From assembly GCA_951406725.2 (NCBI GenBank), contig OX597839.1, positions 1,984,001-2,048,000 of the forward strand: a stretch of 64,000 nucleotides of DNA. The letters are read 5' to 3'. Position numbers and translations under genes: made by a program. Every line of letters begins with the position of its first letter. The first letter of the stretch is position 1. Under the pieces are notes generated by a model. That model did not search any database. It worked only from the letters and a program-made list of their open reading frames with translations, and was not told the origin of the DNA. This DNA comes from Octopus vulgaris (lineage: Eukaryota). This document shows, one piece after another, positions 27,661 to 42,238 of the stretch.

Positions 27661-27774
27661 ATAATGTTTAACTCGCAGGTCAATTCTGATCTCTCTAACC
27701 CAAAGCATTCCAGAATGTTCTTGTCTCGTTTAAAACTTATATAACAATGTTTGTGAATATGCGCGTGCATGTGT

Positions 27775-27815
<41 letters not shown>

Positions 27816-28136
27816 GGTTCTATCATTTATTGTTTCGCCATTTTCACCATTTATTGCATGGTTAGTATTGGTTTTGTGCAATTCCATTTATTTCTTATCG
27901 ATTTCACAGAATATTGGTTTCAAATTTTGGTACAAGGCCAGCAATTTCGATTACATTGACTCCCAAGTGTTCAACTGGTATTTGTCTTATCGACCCCGAA
28001 TCGATGAAAGGCAAAGTCGATCTCTTCGGAATTTGAACTCAAGCGTTTTGTCCAGTGTGCTAACGATGCTGACAGCCCGCCGTCCTGCGAATTTACGGAA
28101 TATTAGCACGATGGGTACCTTCAAAGTAACTTATTC

Positions 28137-28228
<92 letters not shown>

Positions 28229-28979
28229 ACAACAAAGTACTTGAAAGTTTTTATCCATCTCCAAACGAATGAAATGCCAAGTTGACCACGAGAGAATTTG
28301 AACTCGATGTGCAGAAAATCGGAACAAAAAATGCCAAGTATTTTATCTCATGCTCTAACGACTTTGCTTTGTCTATGTAATGATGTCGAATTACATCCGA
28401 CAACATCTATCCTCGATTATCACCGGGGTTTGGTTCCAAACAAAACAAACAAACAATTAGCGATAAATGAACCCGTGACAAAGTCACGCACCAAGATCAT
28501 TCGACATTTGTATTTATATTACGTTATTATTATTATTGAGTGAGAGAGCAGTGCATGCCATCAAAGTGACACTGGGGTAAAATATACGAAACCCAGTATA
28601 CCCATCATGACTACCCGTTTGATAAGGGTGCACTAGGCACATGCATCACAACCATATGTGCGCGACATGGTGATCTGATATCAAGGTAAACAACGCATGA
28701 CCTAGAAGGTGGGGGCCAACTTAGAATTTTTTTTAGGTCGAGTAACCCATCCCACTCAAAAGGTCCCTGAATAAAGGTTGTTTAAGGATGTTGAACGAAA
28801 CACCCATGTTTCCAGGGGTGAATTATTCAAACTCCAAATAAACCCTCTCGACACATGGTTATGATGCTCCTCCACTACATCTGCTCATGATCAGAGATGC
28901 ACATATCATCAGCCACAAAGGGACATGCTCAACTGGTTAAAGTCAAACAACTGACAAGCAAATCTGTGGTACTAAGCAG

Positions 28980-29017
<38 letters not shown>

Positions 29018-29435
29018 TTTTGTTCATTGTGTACGTGTGTATTAGTCATTATTCGATTCATTTTAAAATTTGATTTTAGGAAAATTGAAGCATATCTGAC
29101 AATACCGGAGCGTATTGAATTTATTTTGTGCGTGACTTTTGGCCCACCCTGTATATATGTATACATGCATATGTGTGTATATATAATTATATATGTTTGT
29201 ATATGTTTAAATATATATAAGTGTATGTATATATACAAGGAATCTAATGCGCTTGGCTTAGATTTTCCTTTGGGGCTGGCCAGATCGGAGCAATCTCAAG
29301 ATTAATCAGCCGAAATTGCTACGATGATCCGGTTCTTGACTGAAGATTGAAGGCTTCGAATGTCCCGTCCGGGTTTTTTGTATCGTCTTCTAAATGTTTC
29401 ACGTTCTTGTCCCAGTTGTATTTTTTTACATTTAC

Positions 29436-29618
<183 letters not shown>

Positions 29619-29976
29619 TATATATATATACTTGTAATATACTTGTGTGTGCACACGCGTATACTAGTATATATTTGCATAGCATAAAAAAGGATAAAAA
29701 CTCTATAAAAATATAACGCGAATGGCATTATATTCCCTTTAGATTATGATGTTGCCGTTCTTGCTCCGCCGTCGCCCGTTACTCCCGTAAAGTAAATAAT
29801 TTCAGATTATGTAATGGGATTAATAGATGCTAATGTCTTTTGGGTGTCTTACTGAAGGAATCCGACCACATCAAAATAGCATCTTTTTACTAAGATTACG
29901 AATTCATGGATTCTATAGGTGAAACGAAAAAGAAAGGAAAGAGAATTTAATATACACAAATAGTATTTTATTTCAT

Positions 29977-30014
<38 letters not shown>

Positions 30015-31839
30015 ATCCAAACAAGAAAACACAGAAAAAAAACACAGAAAAAAACACAGCAACGCGAGGACGTGGAACAATTAAAGTATTATTTGACGCT
30101 CAGGAAAGAAGGGAAGGAGGTTTTAACGTTTCGAGCGGAGCTCTTCGTCGGAAACAAGGAGATGGAAAGATCCCGAGAAGGGAAGACAGAGGAAAAAAAT
30201 ATTTTTGCTGGTGGTGCTATATATATATATATATATATAAGATAAAGATATCTTAACGCACACACACATACACACACACGCGCGCGCACACACATGTAAT
30301 TTACATACAAAATTATCATTAGCGTCTATTTCTCACGTAATCTGACACTTTAAAAAATGTTTGTACTATTTTAATTTTCTTTTCATATTTTTTTCTTTTT
30401 GTTGAATGAAGTTAATCTGACAACTCGTCATGTGTAAGTAATTGAGATACAAATGGTATTTATTCTTACTTGAAAAAAATTTAACAAAAATTGTGCAATA
30501 ATGAAAGGAAAATCTATTTGTGGAACATGTTTATCTACATGAATTTTGTTCTCATATAACACACACTCCAGTTAAGTTTCTATTACAAAAAATTAAACAT
30601 TAATAAATATACATGGTATGAAACATTTTGGCGCCGCTTATTGACACCACTTATTTGGCGTCGTGCTTTCAACACTGGCTTATTTGACATCGGAGGCTTT
30701 AAAATGTTGTCTTGTTTTAATGTTTCTTTCGTTCTTTCCCGCCTCTTCCGTGTGAACATATTTCTTTTTATGTGTATGAGAAAACGGAAAGTTTTTGCCT
30801 GAATCGTGTTCACTTCATAAAGTATAATGTGTCAATCTCTTCCTCTGTTTTTCATCCTTTCTATCTGTATGCGTATATTTGCGAGTGCGTCTACATGCGT
30901 ACGTGTGCGTATGTGTGGACCCACGCATGTTTTCCTCCAACGCCAAAATTATTGTCACCAAAACAGGTTGAATGTCCAATCTGACATGCCAAACAGCTGC
31001 GCCCAATCGTCTTATTCTGATACATACCTATAGCATTAATATTGATATTTGCTGTTAATCTAATGAAGTTTCTTTTTGTATTGTGTATTCTGTTATTCTG
31101 GTTTCCGTTCTTGTTTTTGTTTTTATTCTATTGAATTTCCGACCGTAATACGAAGACTCGTCGGGATTGTCGGGAGCTATATTCTATCGGCCCCGTGCGA
31201 ATGAAAGACGAAGTTGAACTCGGCAAAACTATTCTCTTAGAACGTAAAAACCGTAGTTATAAACACTGTAATGTGCTTCATCCGACGCTTTGCCTAACTT
31301 AGGCATGGGAGAAATTCGAGGTTCCAGGGTAAATTTTCGAAATTCCAACAAGAAAATCAAATTCAGGTTGAAAGCTCTTCCTCATTATTCGCCCTGCTTT
31401 TGTTAAATTTATTTTTATAATTTTTATTTTAAATGTTAAATATAAATGCTATGCAATAAGTCTTGTCATATATAAACTATTTTAATATAACTCGGTTAAT
31501 GTCATGCAACAGTGTTGTGTACATGAACACTTTGATATGAAGCTGTTAATGTCATGGAATAGTGCTGTATACACAAAACTACTAAACTAAGACTACATTA
31601 ATATAAAGGTCACAGCTTTGGTACTACGGACATGTAATTTGAATCTCACAGGAAATAATCGCAAGATAGATCCTTCAAGCCGAGCCAACCAGCAGAAAAT
31701 CTGGAGGTAGACCGTGAACGAGATCGTTGGATAATATCATAGTCGCAGTTGGTCGTGTTTGAGAATCTAGCTGGAAAGTCTTATGACGGAAACTTCTGAT
31801 AGAACCCTATGAAGGATGGCCTTGAGGATACTGCACTAA

Positions 31840-32027
31840 CAGCCCTCTCAGGAATAGTTGGCGGAGAAAATGGACGGCTGTTGTGTAATCGGAAACAATT
31901 CAAACGTTGTACGAGTCCATACCTCGTAGAATTCAAGCTGTAATTACTGCCAAAGGCGGTCCTACTCCATATTAAAAAATATTTGTTTGAAATTTTCATG
32001 TGTTTCCATTATTCTGTCCAACGCCTG
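31840..32027 (+). mobile_element. Tc1-like transposon 3' remnant
   Basis: ETIQTLYESIPRRIQAVITAKGGPTPY* is a Tc1 transposase C-terminus, followed by a TIR-like end GTTTCCATTATTCTGTCCAACGCCTG-TA. Confidence 0.75.
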
Positions 32028-32422
32028 TATGTGTGTGTGTGTGTGTAAATGTCATATATATGTACATATATGAATGTACATACATATGTAAATGTTGAAC
32101 AATGGGAATGAGTGCTCAACACCGCCTTGGTGGATAAAATTTCCTTATTTGTTTATTAAGCCTACCATTGGCTTCATATTAAGAAATTATCTTAATTTCT
32201 TTTTCAAGCCGATCACATGGAGGAATGGTGTTCGTCTCCATTTTGGATGAAAACACGAAAGTTCTCGAGAGCCTTCTGTGATGGGCTTGAAAAAATTATT
32301 AAGATATATTACGATATTAAGAAACCAGTTGTAGCATTAATACACACAAAAAGACCTCGTGTGTACCGTTGGCGATCTTTTTTTCTTCTGTCTTCCCTTC
32401 TCTGGATCTTTCCTTCTCCTAT

Positions 32423-32457
32423 GTTTCCGACGAAGAGCTCCGCTCGAAACGTTAAAC
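32423..32457 (+). ncRNA. Minimal hammerhead variant in a short (TA)n-linked element (second copy 30121-30155, minus strand)
   Basis: GTTT-CCGACGA-A-GAGC(TCC)GCTC-GAAACGTT-AAAC; both copies share U4C and an extra A. Confidence 0.5.
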
Positions 32458-32605
32458 CCTCCTTCTTTCCTTCTTTCCTGAGCGTCTAATAATACTATAT
32501 TTGTTCCACGTCCTCGCGTTGTTGTGTTTTTTTGTGCTTTCTTCTTTGGATTAACTTTATATATATATATATATATAGGAAAAAAGCAACAAGAATGGAT
32601 CAATT

Positions 32606-32694
32606 TTTCGGTACAATTGTTTCGTACGAAGGCATCTTTAATAAGGCTACAAAAATTGCAGTAAATATAGGTGACCCGTACTCATCAGCCGAAA
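32606..32694 (-). ncRNA. Type I hammerhead ribozyme, intact core
   Basis: Minus strand TTTCGG-CTGATGA-GTACG...CGTAC-GAAA-CAATTG-TA-CCGAAA; perfect stems I and II, palindromic stem III. Confidence 0.85.
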
Positions 32695-32818
32695 GAACAT
32701 CTCAGATCCCCAAACATCAAAGGGGGTGATGTTACACTCGTGAGACATCATGGAAAGTTCTATAAAAATGAGATTTAGATAACAAATTGATTTCTAAAAG
32801 TTCTTTTAGTATTGCACA

Positions 32819-33075
<257 letters not shown>

Positions 33076-33224
33076 CTCTCTGTTTATTTTCTCTTATTCC
33101 TTTCTGTTGGAGAGCGTAGACTCGAAATGTAAAAGACTTTTTCACTTTCCCGAGCGTCAAACTAATACATCCGCTTGTTGTTCACATACCTGTCTTCGTC
33201 TATGGCTTTTCTGTAAATTTCAAC

Positions 33225-33315
<91 letters not shown>

Positions 33316-33809
33316 CTGACTACTAGTAGTCACTATCATAGAGCTCAATCAGGCACTGGTGTCGCTAAAAGCTAGTGGGCCTATTAGAAGTAATGATAGG
33401 GAGAGAAACAGAGTTAATAGCAAAAGGTAAAATTTATCACCACTTAAAAGTGAATGTGTTAATGTGGTTTTCAAGCTTCTTTTATTATTGAAGATTTCGA
33501 TTACGGAGGACTAATTTTAATTCACTGCTAAATTTTAAAAACTGAGAGATAGTTGGCATTCCCGTTTTGATTTTTCTTTCTTTCGCACACTTACTCTTAC
33601 TCTTTTACTCTTTTACTTGTTTCAGTCATTTGACTGCGGCCATGCTGGAGCACCGCCTTTTGTCGAGCAAATCGACCCCGGGACTTATTCTTTGTAAGCC
33701 CAGTACTTATTCTATCGGTCTCTTTTTGCCGAACCGCTAAGTGACGTGGACGTAAACACACCAGCATCGGTTGTCAAGCAATGCTAGGGGGACAAACACA
33801 GACACACAA

Positions 33810-33866
<57 letters not shown>

Positions 33867-34922
33867 TACGACAGGCTTCTTTCAGTTTCCGTCTACCAAA
33901 TCCACTCACAAGGCATTGGTCGGCCCGAGGCTATAGCAGAAGACACTTGCCCAAGATGCCACCCAGTGGGACTGAACCCGGAAACATGTGGTTGGTTAGC
34001 AAGCTACTTTCTACACAGCCACTCCTGCGCCTTACCAGTAAAAACATAATAAATTTGACACAGAGCCAGATAATTTATGTTGCTTCCATTTTTTACCATA
34101 TTTTGGAGGCGTTTTTTGAAGAAACTAGAAAACTGAAGCGGTAAAATGAAGAGTTTGCTGACGACAGTTGTACCAAATATAAGCTTGTGTTGTAAATGTT
34201 TATATAACAGCATTGTATACAAAGATTAATTTTAGTTTGGATTACATATAGATGTGAAGGAAATTAGAAAACGGAAAATGATGAGAGTGTGAGGATAGAA
34301 ATCAGGATTATGAACTAAGTGGGGGTGGAAATAAAGGGAAAAGGTAAATAAAGAAGGGGGTGCCGAGCATGGCCACAGTCCAATGGCTGAAACAAGTAAC
34401 AATAAAAGTTGAAATATATTGTCCCAACGATCTACGAATCCATATGGACTATTAAACAGCAATAAAGTATATACGCAAAAACTGTTGGAGCTATCTGATC
34501 AGGCATGACGTAGATCAAAAAATAGTTTAAATAAGTTATGTATGTATGTATGTATGTATGTATGTATGTATGTATGTATATATTAGAGAGAGCGGTAGAG
34601 AGGGAGAAAGAGATGGATGGATAGATATGTTTCTTTATTAGCCACACAGGGCTGCACACAGACAGGACAAATTACAAGGTAGAGCTTTTCTTTTGGGGGT
34701 AAAAAAGGGGGTTTCGTTTTCGATCAAAAGGGATCGTAAAAGGAAAGAAAGAGGACAAAAAAGGGGGTGGGATAGAAAATGAAAGGAAAAGGGAAAAAAT
34801 CGATCAATAGGGATCGTTATCACAGAAATGTCAATATAAAGTGTAAAGGGGAGGACAGGTGAGGTTTACCCGTGGAAAGAAAAGCCTACGGAAAAGACCA
34901 CGGTAACCTCGGACAGCCAGGC

Positions 34923-34969
<47 letters not shown>

Positions 34970-35563
34970 CAAACAAACAAACAAATAGCTAAATAGGTAG
35001 ATAAATAGGTATCAATGCATTAGAAGGCACTGTAGAATTATCTAATTTCAAGAGTTTAAATTTGAATAACTAATATAAACATTTTAAATACTAATAAAGA
35101 GTACAATATATGCGCGACTTGGCTGACAAAGACAAGACTCTAATAAATTCAGATATGAAGCCATCCGGCTCATTGCATGGCAAATACGTTGTACCTCAGT
35201 TTAGCTAAGCGCGTGTTGCAGCCTCTTTCAAATTTAACTCACCAGTCTTATTGTACACATTAATCTCCACAGACTTATAACAAATTTCAACCAAAACGTG
35301 CGGATATTTAAATTCATATATTTATCGTTAGCTTTCAATTCTCTATGATAAATTTTATATGATAAAGTTTTGAAAAAAAAAACTATTAGTGGAAACTATA
35401 GGCGCAGGAGTGGCTGTGTGGTAAAGCGGCTTGTTTACTAACCACATGGTTCCGGGTTCAGTCCCACTGCGTGGCACCTTGGGCAAGTGCCTTCGACTAT
35501 AGCCTCGGGCCGACCAAAGCCTTGTGAGTGGATTTGGTAGACGGAAACTGAAAGAAGCCCGTC

Positions 35564-35633
<70 letters not shown>

Positions 35634-37099
35634 TTGTGTGTCTGTGTTTGTCCCCCTAGCATTGCTTGACAACCGATGCTGGTGTGATTATGTCCCCGTT
35701 ACTTAGCGGTTCGGCAAAAGAGACCGATAGAATAAGTACTGGGCTTACAAAAGAATAAGTCCCGGGGTCGAGTTGCTCGATTAAAGGTGGTGCTCCAGCA
35801 TGGCCGCAGTCAAATGACTGAAACAAGTAAAAGAAGAGAGTGGAAACGAAAATATCGGTTTTGTATCTGCAAAAGGCATTAAATTGCCCAATCAAACCTG
35901 GCATCTTCACTTTCTATAAATTATTAAGAAAACAAAACTCACAAACCATCAAGTATAAGTCAGCTGACAGAGGAAAACACTTCCCCTTTCTCTCTAGAGG
36001 AAATGCTTCTAACAGGACAAAATAACTTATATGCAAACGAAACGCATGCAGTATCTAAAACAAACTTAATTAATTCCTTTAGCTTATCTGAAACTAGCAA
36101 AACCCATTGTATCTAACATTTGACATAAAAGCCACTCTGTTTCTAATTGATAATTTATCTCCAAACACTAAATCCATTGTTTTAAACATTCCGGCCTCCA
36201 CCAGTTTTAAATGTAAATTCGTATACTGTATAGAAAATTAGTATCCATACTATCTTCACATGCCGAAGTTTCTTCATAAATATTAGATCTAATCCTTCGT
36301 GATAAAATAACTCCATAATTTCTATGATTTAAGTATCGGAAATAGTTCTGGAGGTAACGGTCTATTTCTTCTATAAAACAATCATTTATTTCTCCTATTT
36401 TAAACCTCATAAAAGCGTGTGGCTTAGTGGACAGGGTGTTATATTCACTATCGCAAGAATGTGGTTTCAATTTCTGGACCGGGTGGTGCGTTGTGTACCT
36501 GAGTAAAACACTTCATTTCACGTTGCTTCAGTTCATTTGGCTGTAAATTAGTAACCCTGCAACAGACTGACATCCTATTCATGCGAGGTGGGTGTTTGAT
36601 GAGAGTTTGGTCGCTTATATGCTATGGAAACCGAATAACCGATTCTATATATTCTCGGACTGAGCCACTAATGTCCACGGGTTATCTGTTTAACTATTTT
36701 AAGCCTTAGGCTCTCTACCAGTGCTTCGACGTCTTCTGAAAATAAAAGTCATACATTATATCACTACAGTAATTAGAGTGTCGGGCTTACACTCGTGAGA
36801 TTGTGAGTTCGACTCCTGGACTGAGCTATGTATTTTTGAGCAAGACACTTTATTTCACATTGCTCCAGTTCACTCATCTGTAGAAACGAGTTGCAGCATC
36901 ACAGGTGCCAAACTGTATCGGCTCCTATGCCGATCCCTTACATAACATCGGTGGCGTGGAGAGGGGAGGCTGGTATGTATGGGCAACTGCTGGTCTTCCA
37001 CAAATAACGTTGCCCGGACTTATGCTTCGGAAGGGAAATTTCTAGTCCGCTGCGAAAAATTATACATATACACTCCTGTATACATGCATATATGTATGC

Positions 37100-37207
<108 letters not shown>

Positions 37208-38651
37208 ATATATATATAAGTATATTTGCCACCTAAATAGCGTGAAATAATTTTCTACGTTAAATCCAGTTTTGTTATTTATTTGTTCCAAAAGGTTTAC
37301 AGCAAAATGTTACTGGAGTTTAAATTTTACCCAATCAGAAAACAGGATTAGGAAGCTAACATTTTCTGCATAATAGCTGTGTATCACAAAATGAAAAAAA
37401 AATCATTACGAAGACGAATTTTTATTAAGCAAACGAATGCAAAGCATTACAGCGACCAAAGTTGTAAGAATTTCTGAAGTTTTAATGAATAAAGTCACGT
37501 GAAACGGTCGAACAAACTTGTAAACAATTTAAAAAGAAGAAAGGTCGTCAACGAAGTTTTTTTTTTGCGAAAATTTGAACAAATCTGGCCTGATGAAGAG
37601 GCCTCTCTGTCGAAGAAGGCATGGTTTGGAATGGAACAAACAAAAATTTATATAAGACATTCTATTGTAAAACTTGCTCGACAACGACGGCCTTGTCAAC
37701 TAGTATATGTGTGTGTGTGTGTGTGTATTGTAGTGTCAGTAGTAGTAATACCCCGTGGAAAATTCTACGGTTATTTTGAAAATTGGAAGATGGAATTCAA
37801 TAAAATTCCATATACTAAGTATTGAAAGTGGAAATTAAAGAAACAATTCGTCTGAATGTTTCTTTTATATTCCTACGTCTTCCTGTTTGAGTTGTGTATG
37901 GAACACAATGAAAGGTATCTATAGTTTTATTGTTTCAGTACGTTGATATAGTTTTAATGAATCTTAATATGATGATTTCAAAACAAATAAAAAACACTTT
38001 ACCTTTCACTTTCTGTACTTGTTTCAGTCATTTGACTGCGGCCATGCTGGAGCACCGCCTTTTAGAGTGGTGAAAGAGTACAGCAGGGATCACCACCTCC
38101 TGCCGGAGCCTCGTGGAGCTTTTAGGTGTTTTCGCTCAATAAACACACACAACGCCCGGTCTGGGAATCGAAACCGCGATCCTCCGACCGCAAGTCCGCT
38201 GCCCTAAGCATACAGTAGTTGATTCACTAAAGTGTATGATTTAACTGAGAGGTAAAAATGAAAGAACAAAGTATTAAAATTTGCTGTTCCCTTCAGTAAA
38301 CACATTCTCTCTCTTCCGCTCTGTCCCTGTCTCTCGTTCTCTCTCTCTGTCTCTCACATTCCCTGTCTCTATGTCTCTTCCTGTTTCCTCCCCTTCCTTG
38401 ATATCAGCCACCCTCATTATGCCACTACATTTCCCTCAGCCTAACACTCTTTGCACTCTTCTCATTTTATAATACAATAGTCCAACGCCCGTAGGAGGCC
38501 CATTATCGATTGTTATTGAAATCCAATTGGCCTATAATTGAACTGGATGTTAGTTTAACGTTTATGCAAAGTTTCGTGAAGATTCGTTCGTTGGTATGGG
38601 CATCAAGATGGTAACAGACACAGAAATTGCCTGTTTGATAAGAGAAGGACT

Positions 38652-38809
38652 TGATGGGGATGCTGGGGTTGGGCGAATCAGTGGAACGGCTGGCAAGGGC
38701 GAATGGAGTGCGGTGGTATGGGCAGGTGTTGAGGAGGGATTAGGAGCATGTTCTGAAAAGAGTGCTAGAGTTTGAGGTGAATGGACGGCGAAAGCGAGGT
38801 AAACCGAGG
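38652..38809 (+). pseudogene. RTE-clade LINE C-terminal fragment
   Basis: Translates to MGMLGLGESVERLARANGVRWYGQVLRRD*EHVLKRVLEFEVNGRRKRGKPR (cf. RWYGHVxR..RGRP). Confidence 0.75.
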
Positions 38810-39432
38810 TAATATATATATCCATCCATCGGCGAGCTGGCAGAAACGTTAGCACGCCGAAACAAATGCTTATCGGTATTTCATCTGTCTTTGCGTTCAG
38901 AGTTCAAATTCCGCTGAAGTCGACTTTGCCTTTCGGGATCGATAATTTAAGTACCAGTTGAGTACTGGGGTAGATCTAATCGACTGGCCCCGCCCCCTAA
39001 ATTGTGGGCCTTGTGCCTTGAGTAGAAAAGATCTTTAATGCAATAATTGTGTTCAACAGAGGTTGTCAGAATTTCCATTTTTATTTCAGATTTGAAATTT
39101 TTATAAATTATTCTTATTTTGCTTTCGTAATTCTTCAGGTTCTTCTATTTTGAAAAGTGGGAAATATTCCGAATTTCTCATTCGTACAATTATTTCAATG
39201 TTCACTGTATTGAATATTTTAACAGATTTGCTATTGATGTATTCTGATTCGGTCCATTAATTTTGTTCTTCATCAATCAATACAGTTCTCATTGTATCTC
39301 TCTGAAATGTGTTGGAGCATGTTAGAATTTTGATTTGACAATTCTTATTTCCATTAACCTTGAATTCTTTCCCATCCTTGAATATTTCAATTTTACTCTG
39401 GTCAATTAAATCGCCCGTCCACCTCCGAAGGC

Positions 39433-39496
<64 letters not shown>

Positions 39497-40154
39497 ATAT
39501 ATATATATAAATGTATGTATATTTGTATATATATGTGTGTGTGTATAGGATAAAAATTAAATATTAACCAGTAGCCAGCGTGAGCAAAATGTCCATAGTC
39601 TACAAATATATGTGTATATATGTGTATATAAAAATTATACACAAATGGAAAAGCCAGTAAGTGGTTTTCCAACATGCTAGAAATAGGAGTTATTTCCTAA
39701 ACCACGGAAAAGCTATTCTTATTTTAGCCCGTTGAACGTAGATAGGCAGGACAATTTGAGAGGAAATCTATTTAACTCATAAATGGGATCCTGGCAGGCC
39801 AGAACTCATAAATGGGATCCATTCCGGATCAGAACGGACCTGAGAGTAATGGTACTTAAGGGGTGACACCCTGCTCTCCACAACTCCAAAACTCCTGAAC
39901 TGAACTCTAACCACCAAATGCAATTTAATGTCATACCAAGGACATATGCATACACACAAACACACACCACACACACGCGCACACACACACACACACACAC
40001 ACGATATAGCTTGGCACCTGTGACATCGCAGCTCATTTCTACAGCTGAGTGAACTGGAGCACCATGAAATAAAGTGTCTTGCTCAAGAATATAACACGCA
40101 GCCCGGTCCGGGATTTGAACTCACAGTCTCACGATCGTAAGCTCAATGCTCTAA

Positions 40155-40200
<46 letters not shown>

Positions 40201-41571
40201 CTACATTGATAAAAGCTATTTAGGAACACAGAAACTCGCAGGCATGTATAAATAATATATAATTACATTTGTATGTAGATGCATGTGTAATTTATGGCAA
40301 TGATGTAACTCGCCTCTAGTCCATTATTCTTGATTATTAAAGGGAATTATTAAGAACAAGGCAACATGACTTGTCCCATTCTCTAGCTCTGTCTGTCTGT
40401 CTGTCTGTCTCCCATTATATATTTGCGGGTGTGTGTATGCGTCTGTGTGCATGAGTGCGTGTGGATAAGGTAAGGGCAGTTACAGCTCTTACATAAAAGT
40501 TGGTTATATATGCAGTCATTTAAGAATATAAACACAGAGAGTTAAAGAACTATATATAATCTGTAAATAATTAATGCTATATACATGCGGTGTAATTATA
40601 ACAATTATGTAAGTAGCCTTTCCAATACTATTATTATCATTATGCTTTTATTATTATTATTTTTAAGTGAGAGAGCAGTGCATGCCATTAAAGTGACATT
40701 GGGGTAAAATATACGAAGCCCAGTATACCCATCATGACTACCAGTCTGATAAGGGTACACCAGGCACATGCATCGCAACCATATGTGCACGACATGGTGA
40801 TCTGATATCAAGATAAACAGCGCATAACCTTGCAGGTGGGGCCCAGTTAGAATTTTTTTTTGGTCGAGTAACCCATCCTGCTCAAAAGGTCCCTGAATAA
40901 GGGTTGTTTAAGGATGTTGAACGAAACACCCATGTTTCCAGAGGTGAATTATTCAAACCCCAAAGAATTCCTCTCAACACATGGCTATGATGCTCCCCCA
41001 CTACTTCTGCTCGTGATCAGAGATGCACATATCGTCAGCCACTAAGGGACATGCTCAACAGGTTAAGGTCAAACAACTGACAAGCAAATCTGTGGCATTG
41101 AGCAGAACATTTGCTGTAGCCCATCTTTTATACCAAGACAAAATAATTTACAAGATAACACTTCCAATCAGTAAAGATCAGAAGTACTTATTCTATTGGA
41201 CGCTTTTGCCGAACCGCTAGGTTACGGGGACGTAAACACACCAGCAATGGTTGTCAAGCGATGTTGGGTGGGGAAAAAATCTGCAACAATCTCAGTCCTA
41301 TGAGTATCGGATAATGGATTTTCACCTGTGTAAAGATACTGATTGTGGTCATCGTAGTTATGACGGTGGTTGTGATGATCATAGTTTTGACGGTGATTGT
41401 GGTGAAAGCAGAGACAGTGTTGACGATAACGATGGTCGAGTTAAGCATGGGAGGAGGCTATGTTTTTGCCGGCATTGGTTTGGGAAATTGGACGATTTTC
41501 AGCATGCATGTATATGGATGGAAATGAGCTGCTTGGTAAAGGTCTGCGCTCTGAGTGCTTTTCTAGTTATT

Positions 41572-42129
41572 ATTGAGTGAGAGAGCAGTGCATGCCATCA
41601 AAGTGACACTGGGGTAAAATATACGAAGCCCAGTATACCCATCATGACTACCCGTCTGATAAGGGTACACCAGACACATGCATTACAACCATATGTGTGC
41701 GACATGGTGATCTCATATCAAGATAAACAGCACATGACTTTGCAGGTGGGACCCGGTTAGAACTTTCTTCTGGTCGAATAACCCATCCTGCTCAAAAGGT
41801 CCCTGAATAAGGGTTGTTTAAGGATGTTGAACGAAACACCCATGTTTCCAGAGGTGAATTATTCAAACCCCAAAGAATCCCTCTCAACACATGGCTATGA
41901 TGCTCCCCCACTACTTCTGCTCGTGATCAGAGATGCACATATCGTCAGCCACTAAGGGACATGCTCAACAGGTTATGGTCAAACAACTGACAAGCAAATC
42001 TGTGGTATTGAGAAGAATATTTGCTGTAGCCCATCTTTTATTCCAAGACAACACAATGTACATGATAACACTTCCAATCAGTTAAGATCAGAAGCCATGA
42101 GAGCCACTGCCTGGTACTGCATCAGGGCA
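41572..42129 (-). mobile_element. About 560-bp dispersed non-coding retroposon with a (TAA)n tail
   Basis: Highly similar copies at 1-278, 28536-28980 and 40664-41183; the three copies with that end visible abut (TTA)n on the + strand; the 5' end is locally duplicated at 42130-42160. Confidence 0.75.
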
Positions 42130-42179
42130 TAGAGAACCACTGCCTGGTACTGCATCAGGGTATAATAGTTATTATTATA

Positions 42180-42238
<59 letters not shown>

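Noticed and set aside
37670-37705. Helitron-like 3' end (GACAA..TTGTC hairpin then CTAG-T)
   Set aside because: Single short motif with no identifiable 5' end or second copy.
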